The notes under the pieces were generated by a model. It did no database searches and was not told the DNA's origin. It was given only the letters and a program-made list of their open reading frames with translations. Both the position numbers and the translations under genes were made by a program. A stretch of DNA of 64,000 nt from Pyrinomonadaceae bacterium (GTDB taxonomy: Bacteria; Acidobacteriota; Blastocatellia; Pyrinomonadales; Pyrinomonadaceae): NCBI GenBank assembly GCA_046313635.1, contig JBKBYA010000002.1, positions 497,904 through 561,903 on the forward strand. The letters run 5' to 3'. This document shows positions 47,909 through 57,021 of this stretch, one piece after another (position 1 is the first letter of the stretch; the number at the start of each line of letters is the position of its first letter).

Positions 47909-50389
47909 CTATCTCACGTTGAAGTACACGGCCTGCACGATGTGCACGACCATCAGCACGAGCATCAGCGCCGTAAAGAGCACGTGCGGAGCGATCCAAA
48001 CCTTGAGCATTCGGTGCAGGTAGCAGAGGGCGTCGACGCGCCTGAGCGTCGCCGCCGCCTCGACCGCCTCCATCAAACGCGCCTCGCCGGCCCTGCTCAT
48101 TCCCTCGGCGAGGGGACGAAATTCCAGTCGGGCCTCGGCAAGCATGACGTTGAGGTCCTCCCGCTTGATGTACTGGCGCAAAAGATAGCCGATGCCGAGG
48201 AATCGGCGGCTGAGCGGCCCGTCGATGAGTCTGGGCAGCTCGGGATCGGTCGCCCCGCGGGCGATGCGTGCGAGGTCGGCGCGCAATTCCGACTGTCGCT
48301 GCTCGAGGTCCTCGATGAGCAGAGGCTCGCGTTCGATCCGCGTCATCAATCTCGGTACGGCCAGATACACGGCCGCGCCGACGAGCCCCGACGCGATCAC
48401 CAGATCGAACGAGATCATCAAGAGCGTCGTCAAGAGTCCGCCCGCATCGCCGCCGCCGTGGACGAGCAGCACGACGCCCGCGGCGACGCCGATGTAAACG
48501 TGCGACAACATCCAGTAACGCAGCGCTCCTGCGCGGCGTCGATAGATCTGCTTTCGCCACGGATACGCCATCACCCACGCGATGCCCGCGAGGCCGCCGA
48601 GTCCGGTCGCCCACCGCATTGTGAGCCACGAACCCGCGATGAGCGCCGAATCCTGACCAAAACGCATCGTCGCCCAGAGCGCGAGGCCGCCGGTCAGCAC
48701 GACGGCCGCAAGGCCGAGCACATGCCACGCGGTCGCGAGCCGGTCGCGGCGGTGAATGTTAGTGCCGAGCGCAACGGTCTGGCCTTTTTTGACGACTCCC
48801 ACCGTTCGAGATATCTCGTCGAAATACTCGAGCGGATTCACCCGAACGAGCGCTCCGGTCGGACAATTCTCTTCGCAGGAGTAAGCGGCCCGCTTGGCGC
48901 CGGGCGGGTTCAGCGGCGTGCCGCGGCAGAGATCGCACTTGATCGCGAGCAGGTCGTCGGTCGTCGCGACAGGCGGCGGCGGAACGGCGGGCGACAAAGC
49001 AAAGATCGAGCGGAGCCGCCCGCCAAAAGAGACCTCGCGGCCTGCGTCGTCCGCATCGCCTCGGCCGATCATCGAGATCGCGTTGTAAGGGCACTGCGTC
49101 GCGCAGTCGCCGCAGCCGATGCAGGTCTTGGGATCGATATCGATGTGACCGTCAGGCCGTCGCGCGATGGCTCCGGTCGGGCAGCCGGTCAGGCATTCGG
49201 GATCGTGGCAGTGCATGCAGACGGTCGGGACGAGCACGTTCTGCAGCGAGCTCCGGCCGGGCCGTACGGGCCGCTCGATATGAATGCCCCTGCGGACGAG
49301 CCGCGAATGCCCGTGTACCTGATGACACGCATAAGAGCAGTTGCCGCAGCGGACGCACTTTGCCATGTCCATCACGAGAAGGTTGGCTCCGTCGACGACG
49401 TCGGTCTCGATCTCGCGGTTCGCGGCTTTAAGTGCGGCAGAGGCGGCCTCGGCCTTTGGAGCGTCGTCGCGCACCGACGCCTCTCTGAGCACCGGCAGTA
49501 CGCCGCGGCGCAGGGCCTCGTCCTCGCGCAGCCGCGAGACCGCGATCTCAAAGACCTCTGCGCGCCCGCGGACGACGGCCGAGAACGGCCATCGAGCGGA
49601 CGGGGCCTCTGCCGCCTCGACGCCGAGGCAATTGCCCGCGCCGACAAAGTCGAGCGCGGCCCCCGACTCGGTCTCGAGCAGCGAGGCCGCGGCCTTCGGG
49701 TCGAGGTCGGTGCCCGCGACACGCTGTATCCAGCCGCGGCGCAGGTACAGGACGCGGTTGACCGGGTCGCCGTGCCGGAACAGCACGTGGTCGTCCTCGT
49801 ACGTTACAAATCGCGACGCGTCGGCAAGCCGGCCGAGAACGTCGGCATCGAGCCGTCCGCCGGCAAAGTCGCGCAGCTCGCTGATCGTGAGAGCGGCGCC
49901 GTATTCGCGATAGCTGCGGTCGATCGCGCGTGCAAACTTGGGCAGCTTTCTGAGCAGGCGCAGCGCCGGCCGCGCGAGCTCGAGCACGAGTGCCGGCCGG
50001 TCGCCCGTGACCGAGATCGTCGCGCTCCGCCGCGCACCCGCAAGCATCGCCATTTCACCGAACGAATTTCCCTGCTTGACCTCGCCGAGCACGAGCGGAT
50101 CGCCGCCGTCGGTACGCTTTGAGGCCGCGAGCCGGCCGTCGACGAGGACGTAAAAGATGTTTGACTCCCAGGTGCCTTCCTCGACGATCGTCTCGCCCGG
50201 CAAATATTCGAGCAGCCGCACGTACGGCCCGACCTTGTGACCGCGATAGCCGCGGCCGAAGAGGATGATGTCCATCTCGAGCTCGTGACGAAACTCGCCG
50301 TTCGGCAGCTTGTCGACAAGCTCCGACACGATCTCGACCCGTTCAAAGGCTTGGACGATCTGCTCGTGATTGTTGATCACTCGCGGCAT
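47909..50389 (-). CDS. Tandem cNMP-binding + 4x[4Fe-4S] + His-containing membrane domain protein
   Basis: FGEMAML...RRSAT cNMP cassette; CVRCGNCSYAC, CMHCHDPEC..CP, CIGCGDCATQCP, CDLC..CEENCP; about five TMs with SHVY/LVH and PHVL/VVH. Confidence 0.88.
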   Translation of the reverse strand: MPRVINNHEQIVQAFERVEIVSELVDKLPNGEFRHELEMDIILFGRGYRGHKVGPYVRLLEYLPGETIVEEGTWESNIFYVLVDGRLAASKRTDGGDPLVLGEVKQGNSFGEMAMLAGARRSATISVTGDRPALVLELARPALRLLRKLPKFARAIDRSYREYGAALTISELRDFAGGRLDADVLGRLADASRFVTYEDDHVLFRHGDPVNRVLYLRRGWIQRVAGTDLDPKAAASLLETESGAALDFVGAGNCLGVEAAEAPSARWPFSAVVRGRAEVFEIAVSRLREDEALRRGVLPVLREASVRDDAPKAEAASAALKAANREIETDVVDGANLLVMDMAKCVRCGNCSYACHQVHGHSRLVRRGIHIERPVRPGRSSLQNVLVPTVCMHCHDPECLTGCPTGAIARRPDGHIDIDPKTCIGCGDCATQCPYNAISMIGRGDADDAGREVSFGGRLRSIFALSPAVPPPPVATTDDLLAIKCDLCRGTPLNPPGAKRAAYSCEENCPTGALVRVNPLEYFDEISRTVGVVKKGQTVALGTNIHRRDRLATAWHVLGLAAVVLTGGLALWATMRFGQDSALIAGSWLTMRWATGLGGLAGIAWVMAYPWRKQIYRRRAGALRYWMLSHVYIGVAAGVVLLVHGGGDAGGLLTTLLMISFDLVIASGLVGAAVYLAVPRLMTRIEREPLLIEDLEQRQSELRADLARIARGATDPELPRLIDGPLSRRFLGIGYLLRQYIKREDLNVMLAEARLEFRPLAEGMSRAGEARLMEAVEAAATLRRVDALCYLHRMLKVWIAPHVLFTALMLVLMVVHIVQAVYFNVR

Positions 50390-50422
50390 CTCTGATCGAA
50401 CTTTGCAGCGGCCCGCACGCGG

Positions 50423-50890
50423 CTACCCGCGGGACAAAAGATAAAGGATAACGGCCGCCGCCGCGAGCGCGGCGACAGCGAGCAGCAAAGCGACCGCCGA
50501 GGCGACCAGCACGACGATCCACTTCGTGGAGAGGCCCGGCTTGCCGGGGCCGCGCTCGGCTGACGGCGCGGCAGACGGAGGCCGCGGCGGAGCCTCATCC
50601 GCGCTGCTGCTTGCGACCGGCTTCAGAGTGGTGACGGACGAGGGCCGCGGCGGAGCTTGGCCGGTCGTCGGGGTCTTGTCGTCCGTCCGCGCTCCGGCGT
50701 CGGTGAGCCCCATATCGCTCAGGACCTGGTTGAACATCGTCTGCCCGAACTGAACCGTCCGCGGCGAGGCGTCGTAGTCGGACGCGTCCTGGCGCGACTC
50801 TTCGGCGATCATCGCGGCACCGCACTCGGGGCAGAATGCCTTTGCGGCATCGACCGATCCACCGCATTGAGCGCATTGTCGCTGTTCCAT
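50423..50890 (-). CDS. Zinc-ribbon protein with C-terminal TM anchor
   Basis: CAQCG...FCPECG, Pro/Ser-rich linker, terminal hydrophobic helix; ATG 2 nt after upstream stop. Confidence 0.8.
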   Translation of the reverse strand: MEQRQCAQCGGSVDAAKAFCPECGAAMIAEESRQDASDYDASPRTVQFGQTMFNQVLSDMGLTDAGARTDDKTPTTGQAPPRPSSVTTLKPVASSSADEAPPRPPSAAPSAERGPGKPGLSTKWIVVLVASAVALLLAVAALAAAAVILYLLSRG

Positions 50891-50892
50891 GA

Positions 50893-51546
50893 TTATTGCG
50901 GCTTCTTGTGACAAATGGTGCAGTCTTTGGACGTGGCAAATCCCGGCTTGCCCTTTAGATCCGGCCGAAGTGCCGCCGCCGCGTCGTGACAGGTGTTGCA
51001 GTTTATGTGATAAGCCAGCTCGTTGTTGAGGTCCTTGGTGACCGACTTGCCCTTTTCGTCGTAGGTCGCGGTGGGCATCGTCTTGTCCTCGGGCACGGCG
51101 CCGTCTTGAAAGTGGCAGTCACGGCAGCTCGATATTTTGAAGTTTGACGACTTCCAAAGATCGAGCGTCAGCACGAAGTCGCGCTCAGAGGTCTTGAGCG
51201 GCGGCTTGAGCGCCGACTTTGGCTGGTCGGTGTGATGACACTCGACACAGCCGACGACAGACTTGCCGTCGGGACTGTACTTTTGAAAGGCGTGCGTGTC
51301 GTGATCGAAAGGAACTTCGCCGTACTGAGGATCGACGCTGTCCTTGCCGAGCGTGAAGTGCCTCGGTATGGTTCGGCCGCCGGGCGACGGCTGGGCCGCG
51401 GGTGCGGCGTTGGCGGCGGGCGGCGTCGGCGCGACCTGGGCCGATACTGTTGAGGCGATACGGCCGGCGACGCCCGAGCCCGCGATGAGCACGGCCGAGG
51501 CGGCGGCAAATACGACGATAACGCCGAATTTGGCTTTATTTTTCAT
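50893..51546 (-). CDS. Tetraheme cytochrome c3 family protein
   Basis: Signal peptide; FDHDTH, CVECHH, CRDCH, AYHINCNTCH, CTICH. Confidence 0.9.
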   Translation of the reverse strand: MKNKAKFGVIVVFAAASAVLIAGSGVAGRIASTVSAQVAPTPPAANAAPAAQPSPGGRTIPRHFTLGKDSVDPQYGEVPFDHDTHAFQKYSPDGKSVVGCVECHHTDQPKSALKPPLKTSERDFVLTLDLWKSSNFKISSCRDCHFQDGAVPEDKTMPTATYDEKGKSVTKDLNNELAYHINCNTCHDAAAALRPDLKGKPGFATSKDCTICHKKPQ

Positions 51547-51664
51547 AAGTTGAGCGAGGCGGTCCGCTGCTGAAATGCTGAAATATTAGAACTCGCCTGA
51601 TTTCAGAATGTCAACAATTCGACGCGATCGCCAGACGGCTGGCCGGCAAAGGCCGACCTCCCGG

Positions 51665-52522
51665 CTAGAAAACCTTAAAGTCGTCGCGCGTATGACAGCG
51701 TCGGCAATTTGAAAAATCGTTTATCCCGCCGCCGAATGCCCGCGTGCCGTTGTGGCACGTGTAGCATGTCACGCCGCCCGGGTTGGGCCCGCGCTCCGGA
51801 TGCTCGAACGCGACGGCCGACGTTACCTGTCGCGACTGCGGAGCGCCGGGCCTGACGGTGTGGCATTCGGTACAGCTCATCCGGTGGTCGGCGTGGCTGA
51901 AGATGACCGTAAAGAGATACCTCGACTGCGGCGTGCGGCTGTACGGCGCGAGCTCGTGACAGACGCTGCAAGAGCCGATCTTGCTCTGCGGCGTGTGACA
52001 CTCGTAGCAGTTTGAATGCGCTTGTATGCCGGCCGGGATCGTCTTGCCCGCGCCGCGCGGCGCGTGGCACGACGCGCAGCCCTCGGCCGGACGGCCTTCG
52101 CCGCTGAGATGCTTTGAATGGTCAAACTTCATGTTAAAGCCCTCTTCAAATTTCGCCGGGAAGGCCCTCACCGGCGGCGGCTGCGTGCGCGTCTCCTGAT
52201 GGCAGATCGAGCAGATCTGCCCCTCGGTGCTCGTGAACTGATTAAGATGACAGCCGACGCACGCCTCGTGAGCGGCGAATCGTATCTCGACGCCGCCCTC
52301 GCGCCGGTGGCACGAGTCGCATGCGAACTGACGATGCTCGGGCACCTCGTGCGAGAACGTGCTGAAGTCGGTCGAGACATTCCTCACCGGCGGCGGCACG
52401 GGCGTTTCGGTCCCGGTGAGCGTGACAGGCACCGTACGGTTCGACGAGTTGACCAGACAGCTCGCGACAAAGATCGAAGCGGCTATCGAGACAAGGAGTA
52501 TCTTGGCAAGCTGTATATACAT
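51665..52522 (-). CDS. Nonaheme cytochrome c (three c7-like repeats), probable lipoprotein
   Basis: Nine CxxCH in three triplets, each led by FxHxxH-like motif; lipobox-like FVASC. Confidence 0.88.
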   Translation of the reverse strand: MYIQLAKILLVSIAASIFVASCLVNSSNRTVPVTLTGTETPVPPPVRNVSTDFSTFSHEVPEHRQFACDSCHRREGGVEIRFAAHEACVGCHLNQFTSTEGQICSICHQETRTQPPPVRAFPAKFEEGFNMKFDHSKHLSGEGRPAEGCASCHAPRGAGKTIPAGIQAHSNCYECHTPQSKIGSCSVCHELAPYSRTPQSRYLFTVIFSHADHRMSCTECHTVRPGAPQSRQVTSAVAFEHPERGPNPGGVTCYTCHNGTRAFGGGINDFSNCRRCHTRDDFKVF

Positions 52523-52538
52523 TGCGATGCAAAGCTGC

Positions 52539-53573
52539 CTACTGCGGGCGGTGGGTCGCCGGCACCGGAAAGCGTCCGATCTCGGTCGAGTGACAGTAGG
52601 TGCATTGAAACGGCGACTGCTTTGCCGCGATGCTGTCCTCGCGTTTGCCGATCTCTTCGCCGAGATGCTTGGAGTGACACGAGCTCGTGCTGCATGTGAG
52701 GATCGGCACGTCGGCGTCCAACATTGTGCGAACGTCGGTATTTTGCGTGATGCGGATGTGACAGCTCGCGCAGTCGCGGCCGGCGTGGTCCTTTTGCTGG
52801 TGGTCGAACTTGATCGAGTATCGCCGGATGATCTCGCTTGCGGCGACCGGCGACGGCGAAAGCTTGTGACAGCCCGCGCAGTTCGAGCGGATCGGCTCGA
52901 CCGTCTGGTAATGGCACGTGAAGCATGACGCGTGCGACGAAGGTGCGGTCATAAAGAATTCGGGCTTTGGCGACAACGACTCGGCGGCCGGAGCAGCAAG
53001 CGGAGTTTGTCCCGCGCGGACGAGGTCGCGGGCCTTGAACTTCGGCATCTGCGCGTACGGCACGTGGCAGACCGCGCAGCTGTTGTACTGCCGAGCGCCG
53101 TCGACGTCGGCCGACGGCCCGCGCATCGGCGCAAAATGCGCGACGGCGACCGCCTCGCTACGCGTCTGCCGCGTGTCGACAAAGGCGAGGATGTTCTGGT
53201 GCTTGTCGTGCGGGAACGCGACGGCAAAATCGCTCTGAGCGCCCTTTGGCGGAAAAGGCTTTCGCGCGACGCCGCGCGGGCCGGGATTGGTATGACATCC
53301 GGCGCAGATCGCCGGCGGATTAAAAAAGTCGCGCCGGTGACAATTGACGCACGACGCGTGGCCGGGAAAGTCGGCGACGTCGGGGAATCCGCGGGCGGTC
53401 GACCAGTTCGGCGTCGGGACCTTGTGACACGAATTGCAGCTCTGTTTTTTATGCGCCGCCGTTGCGTGGTCAAATCCGCCGCGCCGCTGCTGCGCCGACG
53501 AGCGGTCGAGAAGCCCCGCGGCAAAGACGACCGCGGTCATGACTATGACAGCGATGCGAAAGGCGTTCTTCAT
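52539..53573 (-). CDS. Nonaheme cytochrome c (8 CxxCH + 1 Cx4CH), secreted
   Basis: Signal peptide from ATG 53573; CNSCH, CVNCH, CAGCH, CAVCH, CFTCH, CAGCH, CASCH, CSTSSCH, CTYCH. Confidence 0.88.
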   Translation of the reverse strand: MKNAFRIAVIVMTAVVFAAGLLDRSSAQQRRGGFDHATAAHKKQSCNSCHKVPTPNWSTARGFPDVADFPGHASCVNCHRRDFFNPPAICAGCHTNPGPRGVARKPFPPKGAQSDFAVAFPHDKHQNILAFVDTRQTRSEAVAVAHFAPMRGPSADVDGARQYNSCAVCHVPYAQMPKFKARDLVRAGQTPLAAPAAESLSPKPEFFMTAPSSHASCFTCHYQTVEPIRSNCAGCHKLSPSPVAASEIIRRYSIKFDHQQKDHAGRDCASCHIRITQNTDVRTMLDADVPILTCSTSSCHSKHLGEEIGKREDSIAAKQSPFQCTYCHSTEIGRFPVPATHRPQ

Positions 53574-54355
53574 TTCGCTCCGCAGCCTCCGGTCGAGCAT
53601 CGTTTGAGATCTTTGACGATCACCTCGCAGGCCTTGACGGTCTTGCCGACGTCGGGCAGCCGCAGCGTCGCGCGCTTGTCGGGCTGTATCTCGATCTGGC
53701 AATTCCAGACGTAGCCTTTGCCGCCGAGCTCGATCGGAACAAGGTTGGTCACGAGAAACGTTTCGCCTTTTTTGCCTGCCGGCGGCGCGACCGGTATATC
53801 GACAAAGAGCGTCTCGACAGAGATCGTCCCAGTCATCGACGACTGCAGCGGACGCGCTTCGCCGGTGATCTGCGCGAGCAGAGCGTCGCGGCGTCGATAA
53901 AAGCCGGTCGTAAGCTGCGGGCTCAAATTCGTCAGCAGCCAGTCGCGTGCGAGTTCGGGCTTTCGGGCAAAGGCGGTCAGGCCCGTCTGGTATGCGGCCT
54001 TGAATTCCGGCACGCGCTCGATATCGCCCTCGCCAAACCTGCGGCAGAATGGCGAGTCGCAATCCTCGGTCTCGAGCCAGCAGATGAATTCTCCGCTCGC
54101 CTTGACCTCGGCGTAATAGCAGTCGCGCGAGAGCGGCTCGGCGGCGCGGATGCGGTCGATGAGCGCCTTGTTCTCGGCGAGGCCGCCGCGGAAAAGATAA
54201 AAGCGTTTGCGGACCAGCTTTTCGGTCTTGCCCGCGTTGCTGAACTGTCCGATGAACCTAAGCGAGCCGGTCGCACCCTGAGCGTTGACGGATATCGCGC
54301 CGCTCGTGAACGAGAGCGTCAGGGTCACGGCAATAGTGAGGATCTTTCGTCGCAT
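53570..54355 (-). CDS. Secreted Cys-rich hypothetical protein
   Basis: Signal peptide MRRKILTIAV..NAQ; eight Cys; stop overlaps next ATG. Confidence 0.75.
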   Translation of the reverse strand: MRRKILTIAVTLTLSFTSGAISVNAQGATGSLRFIGQFSNAGKTEKLVRKRFYLFRGGLAENKALIDRIRAAEPLSRDCYYAEVKASGEFICWLETEDCDSPFCRRFGEGDIERVPEFKAAYQTGLTAFARKPELARDWLLTNLSPQLTTGFYRRRDALLAQITGEARPLQSSMTGTISVETLFVDIPVAPPAGKKGETFLVTNLVPIELGGKGYVWNCQIEIQPDKRATLRLPDVGKTVKACEVIVKDLKRCSTGGCGAK

Positions 54356-54365
54356 CTCGGGTGGC

Positions 54366-56021
54366 TCAGGGCAGTGTCGGACGCGCCGGGAATTTGAGGA
54401 AAGGCAGCCGCACGCCGCGGACAAAGAACCTGTCAGACCTGATCGCATCCGGCGGCGGAAACCGGTTGGCTCCTGCCGCGGCGATTAGGTCGTCCTGGTC
54501 GATGCCGTCGCCGCTGATGCCGATCCCCCCGATCAGCGTGCCGCCGCGATAGAGCGGGACGGCGCCGGCGAAGATCTGTATGCCGTTCTTAAGCTCAGCG
54601 ACGTTTGTGCACGGGCATGGCACGAGCATCGAACGTTTCTTCATCCCTGACGAAGCGCACATCATCGGCGGCGACACGATCGCCGTCCGCACGAGATCGA
54701 GCTGCAGGCCGACGTTGAACGGGCTCCAGTCCGCGTAGGCGGTGCTGAAGGGGCCGGCATTCGAAGTGTTGATCCCGTCAGGCAAAAACGGCCGGTGCAA
54801 AAATCCGAAGCCGCGGTCGCTGAAGGCGATCGCGCCGTTCAGAGCGATGCCGTCCGCCGCGGCCCGCGAGACCCACGATCCGAATCCGGCCGCCGAGAGC
54901 TTTGCCGCCGCGTCCGCGCGCGACATAAAGGCGACCGTTCGGGCCTTTTGCACCGCGACGTCGAGACCGAAGACCGGCGCGTCCTGCTGCCTGAAGATGC
55001 CGGTCACGGCGCCGTTGACGTCGACGACCGCTACCGTCACGCGCGCGTTGCTGCCGATCGGCTGGCGGATCGCGGCCCGTGTGATGTTTGCCATCACGGC
55101 CGCGTCGGCGATGATCTGGTCGGTCTCGGCGGCGGTGAGCGTCGCTCCGGCGACGGTCGGAAAGCGCGAACTCCTCTCGCCCGCGACGCCGCCCGCCGTC
55201 GAGGCGACAAAATCACTTGGGAAGGCGCCGCTGATCGGCGAGGTAACAACGCCCGGCAGGCTGCCGAACGGTATCTGTGCCGGCGTCGGCGGATCGGCGA
55301 CATTCGAGTACGGCAGCCGAATGCCCTCGACAAGGATGTTGTCGGCCCGGATGGATGCCGGAGCCTCAAAGCCTCGGGCAGCGGCGGCGGCGATCAGCTC
55401 TTCGGCCGGCTGATCGAGATCGTTCGGGTCGCGGTCGACCGTGTACAGGCCGTCACCCTCGACGCCGACGCCGCCGATCGAGACGCCGTTACGATAAAGC
55501 GGCAGCCCGCCCGGATCGGCCGAGAGACCGAGCGGCAGGCCCGCGATCGCGATGTCGGAGCATGCGAGACTCGAGAACTGCACGCCGTAAAGCGGCCCGC
55601 CGGGACGATCGTTAACGCCCGGCGGGAAATGCTCCTGAATGATAAAGCCCGCCGTTCGCGTCGTAAAAGCGTTGCCGGCGGTCGAGAAGAGCGCTGCCGT
55701 GCCCGCTTTTGACTGCGACGCCGCCGCGCTCGACACGAGCAGGTCCTCGAGGCCCTGCCCCGCACGGCCAACGCTGCGGACGCGCGTCGTCGACGGAGCT
55801 CCCGTCATCGTAAAAGTCCCGAGCAGATGGCCCTCGTGATCGGTCACCGAGACCGTCACGCGCTGATTCAGCGCTACGGCGGCCGATACGGCGCGAGCGA
55901 TTATCGACTGCACGTCGCCGGCAGTGAGTTGAGTTTGGGCTGTGACCGGAACGATCGAAAGGAATGAAAGTAAAACTCCGGTCAAAAGCTGCGGCTTGCC
56001 TATCCGGAATCGACCTAGCAT
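54366..56021 (-). CDS. Secreted protein with two GlcG/HbpS-like heme-binding domains
   Basis: Two copies of VxVxDxxG...KAxT...GGxPLY..G..IGGxGxxGD; signal peptide. Confidence 0.82.
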   Translation of the reverse strand: MLGRFRIGKPQLLTGVLLSFLSIVPVTAQTQLTAGDVQSIIARAVSAAVALNQRVTVSVTDHEGHLLGTFTMTGAPSTTRVRSVGRAGQGLEDLLVSSAAASQSKAGTAALFSTAGNAFTTRTAGFIIQEHFPPGVNDRPGGPLYGVQFSSLACSDIAIAGLPLGLSADPGGLPLYRNGVSIGGVGVEGDGLYTVDRDPNDLDQPAEELIAAAAARGFEAPASIRADNILVEGIRLPYSNVADPPTPAQIPFGSLPGVVTSPISGAFPSDFVASTAGGVAGERSSRFPTVAGATLTAAETDQIIADAAVMANITRAAIRQPIGSNARVTVAVVDVNGAVTGIFRQQDAPVFGLDVAVQKARTVAFMSRADAAAKLSAAGFGSWVSRAAADGIALNGAIAFSDRGFGFLHRPFLPDGINTSNAGPFSTAYADWSPFNVGLQLDLVRTAIVSPPMMCASSGMKKRSMLVPCPCTNVAELKNGIQIFAGAVPLYRGGTLIGGIGISGDGIDQDDLIAAAGANRFPPPDAIRSDRFFVRGVRLPFLKFPARPTLP

Positions 56022-56137
56022 GATCGAGACGAATTGTATCCGATATCACGCGCGAGTCAAGATGAAGAACCGCCTCACCGAAGATGTGCCTCATGCGAAC
56101 AACCGGGTCGGGCCTACTTTCTTGACGATTCTTGCGA

Positions 56138-56617
56138 TCATCGCAGTCGGTCAAGGAGATCATCGGCGATCCTTCGTAATTCGCCATCTTGTTTGATGCG
56201 CGAAAGTGCGGCGGCGTGGCGGCGGCTGATGGTGGCGATGCCGAGCCCGGTGATCTCTGAAAGCGCCTTAGTGTTCAGGCCCGCCCGTCTGCCGGTCAGG
56301 ATCAGGCCTTGTGCCGTCCCTGCAGCACGTGACCTACACGTCGGTACCTACGGTTATAGTACTGGGCATACCCTACTCAGCAGCCGCTGCATGATCCGCC
56401 CGACATCGTCCGTCATCCTCTCGATCAGCAGATGAACATGGTTCGTCATCAGGCAATACGCGTACAGATAGAACGGGAGCCGCTCTTTCAGCGCAGCCAG
56501 CAGCTTCATGAACCTCGCATGGTCATCTGCATCATGAAAGATGTCCTGCCGGGCGACCCCGCGAGTGATGATGTGATACAGCCCGCCCTCGACCTCGATC
56601 CTCATCTGTCTTGCCAT
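56138..56617 (-). pseudogene. REP-associated-type Y1 transposase with C-terminal HTH, frameshifted and internally deleted
   Basis: YHIITRG, YCLMTNHVHLL; frameshift to GYAQYYNRRYRRVGHVLQGR; jumps to HTH-like tail with the catalytic Tyr region missing. Confidence 0.82.
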
Positions 56618-56728
56618 ATCTAGCCGACGATCTCATCCAGCAGAGCCAACAAATCGCAATATCGCAAGTCTGACCCCTTACTCATCCGTCCCGGCCAACA
56701 TGTTCTGGGAAAGAGATTCTTACCCTCG

Positions 56729-57019
56729 CTAACGCATGTTAACCTTTGACCAAAGACGATCAAACAAAAGGCCGATTAATAGGCTGAACCCGAACGCTGA
56801 CAAAATGTCAATCACCAAACCAAGCCAAAGAATTTCTTTAAAAGTCAACAACCCGCTTTCCAAGTAAAAATGCATCGGAAAACCAAAACTCCAGCCACAG
56901 TCATCTATGGTCGCAGGACAAACGTTGTGCAAATAGCTTAAGCCATTAAGCACAGTAAATATCAGGATTCCAAAAGCAAAACTCGCACCAAAATACTTTG
57001 ATTTGAATTGAAATTTCAT
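56729..57019 (-). CDS. Putative membrane immunity protein for Rhs module 1
   Basis: Starts 2 nt after toxin stop, AT-rich, two TMs flanking a C..C..GFP loop. Confidence 0.7.
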   Translation of the reverse strand: MKFQFKSKYFGASFAFGILIFTVLNGLSYLHNVCPATIDDCGWSFGFPMHFYLESGLLTFKEILWLGLVIDILSAFGFSLLIGLLFDRLWSKVNMR

Positions 57020-57021
57020 AC

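Noticed and set aside
47885..50122. 745 aa plus-strand ORF and similar long antisense ORFs (36244-37899, 42234-43820, 2781-3989)
   Set aside because: Shadow frames opposite well-supported genes in high-GC DNA; no recognisable motifs
46482..54448. Long N-terminal extensions in the ORF track (46482-48728, 52539-54062, 53570-54448; also 701-1948, 1666-2781)
   Set aside because: They overlap upstream genes in another frame; coupled internal ATGs give coherent proteins
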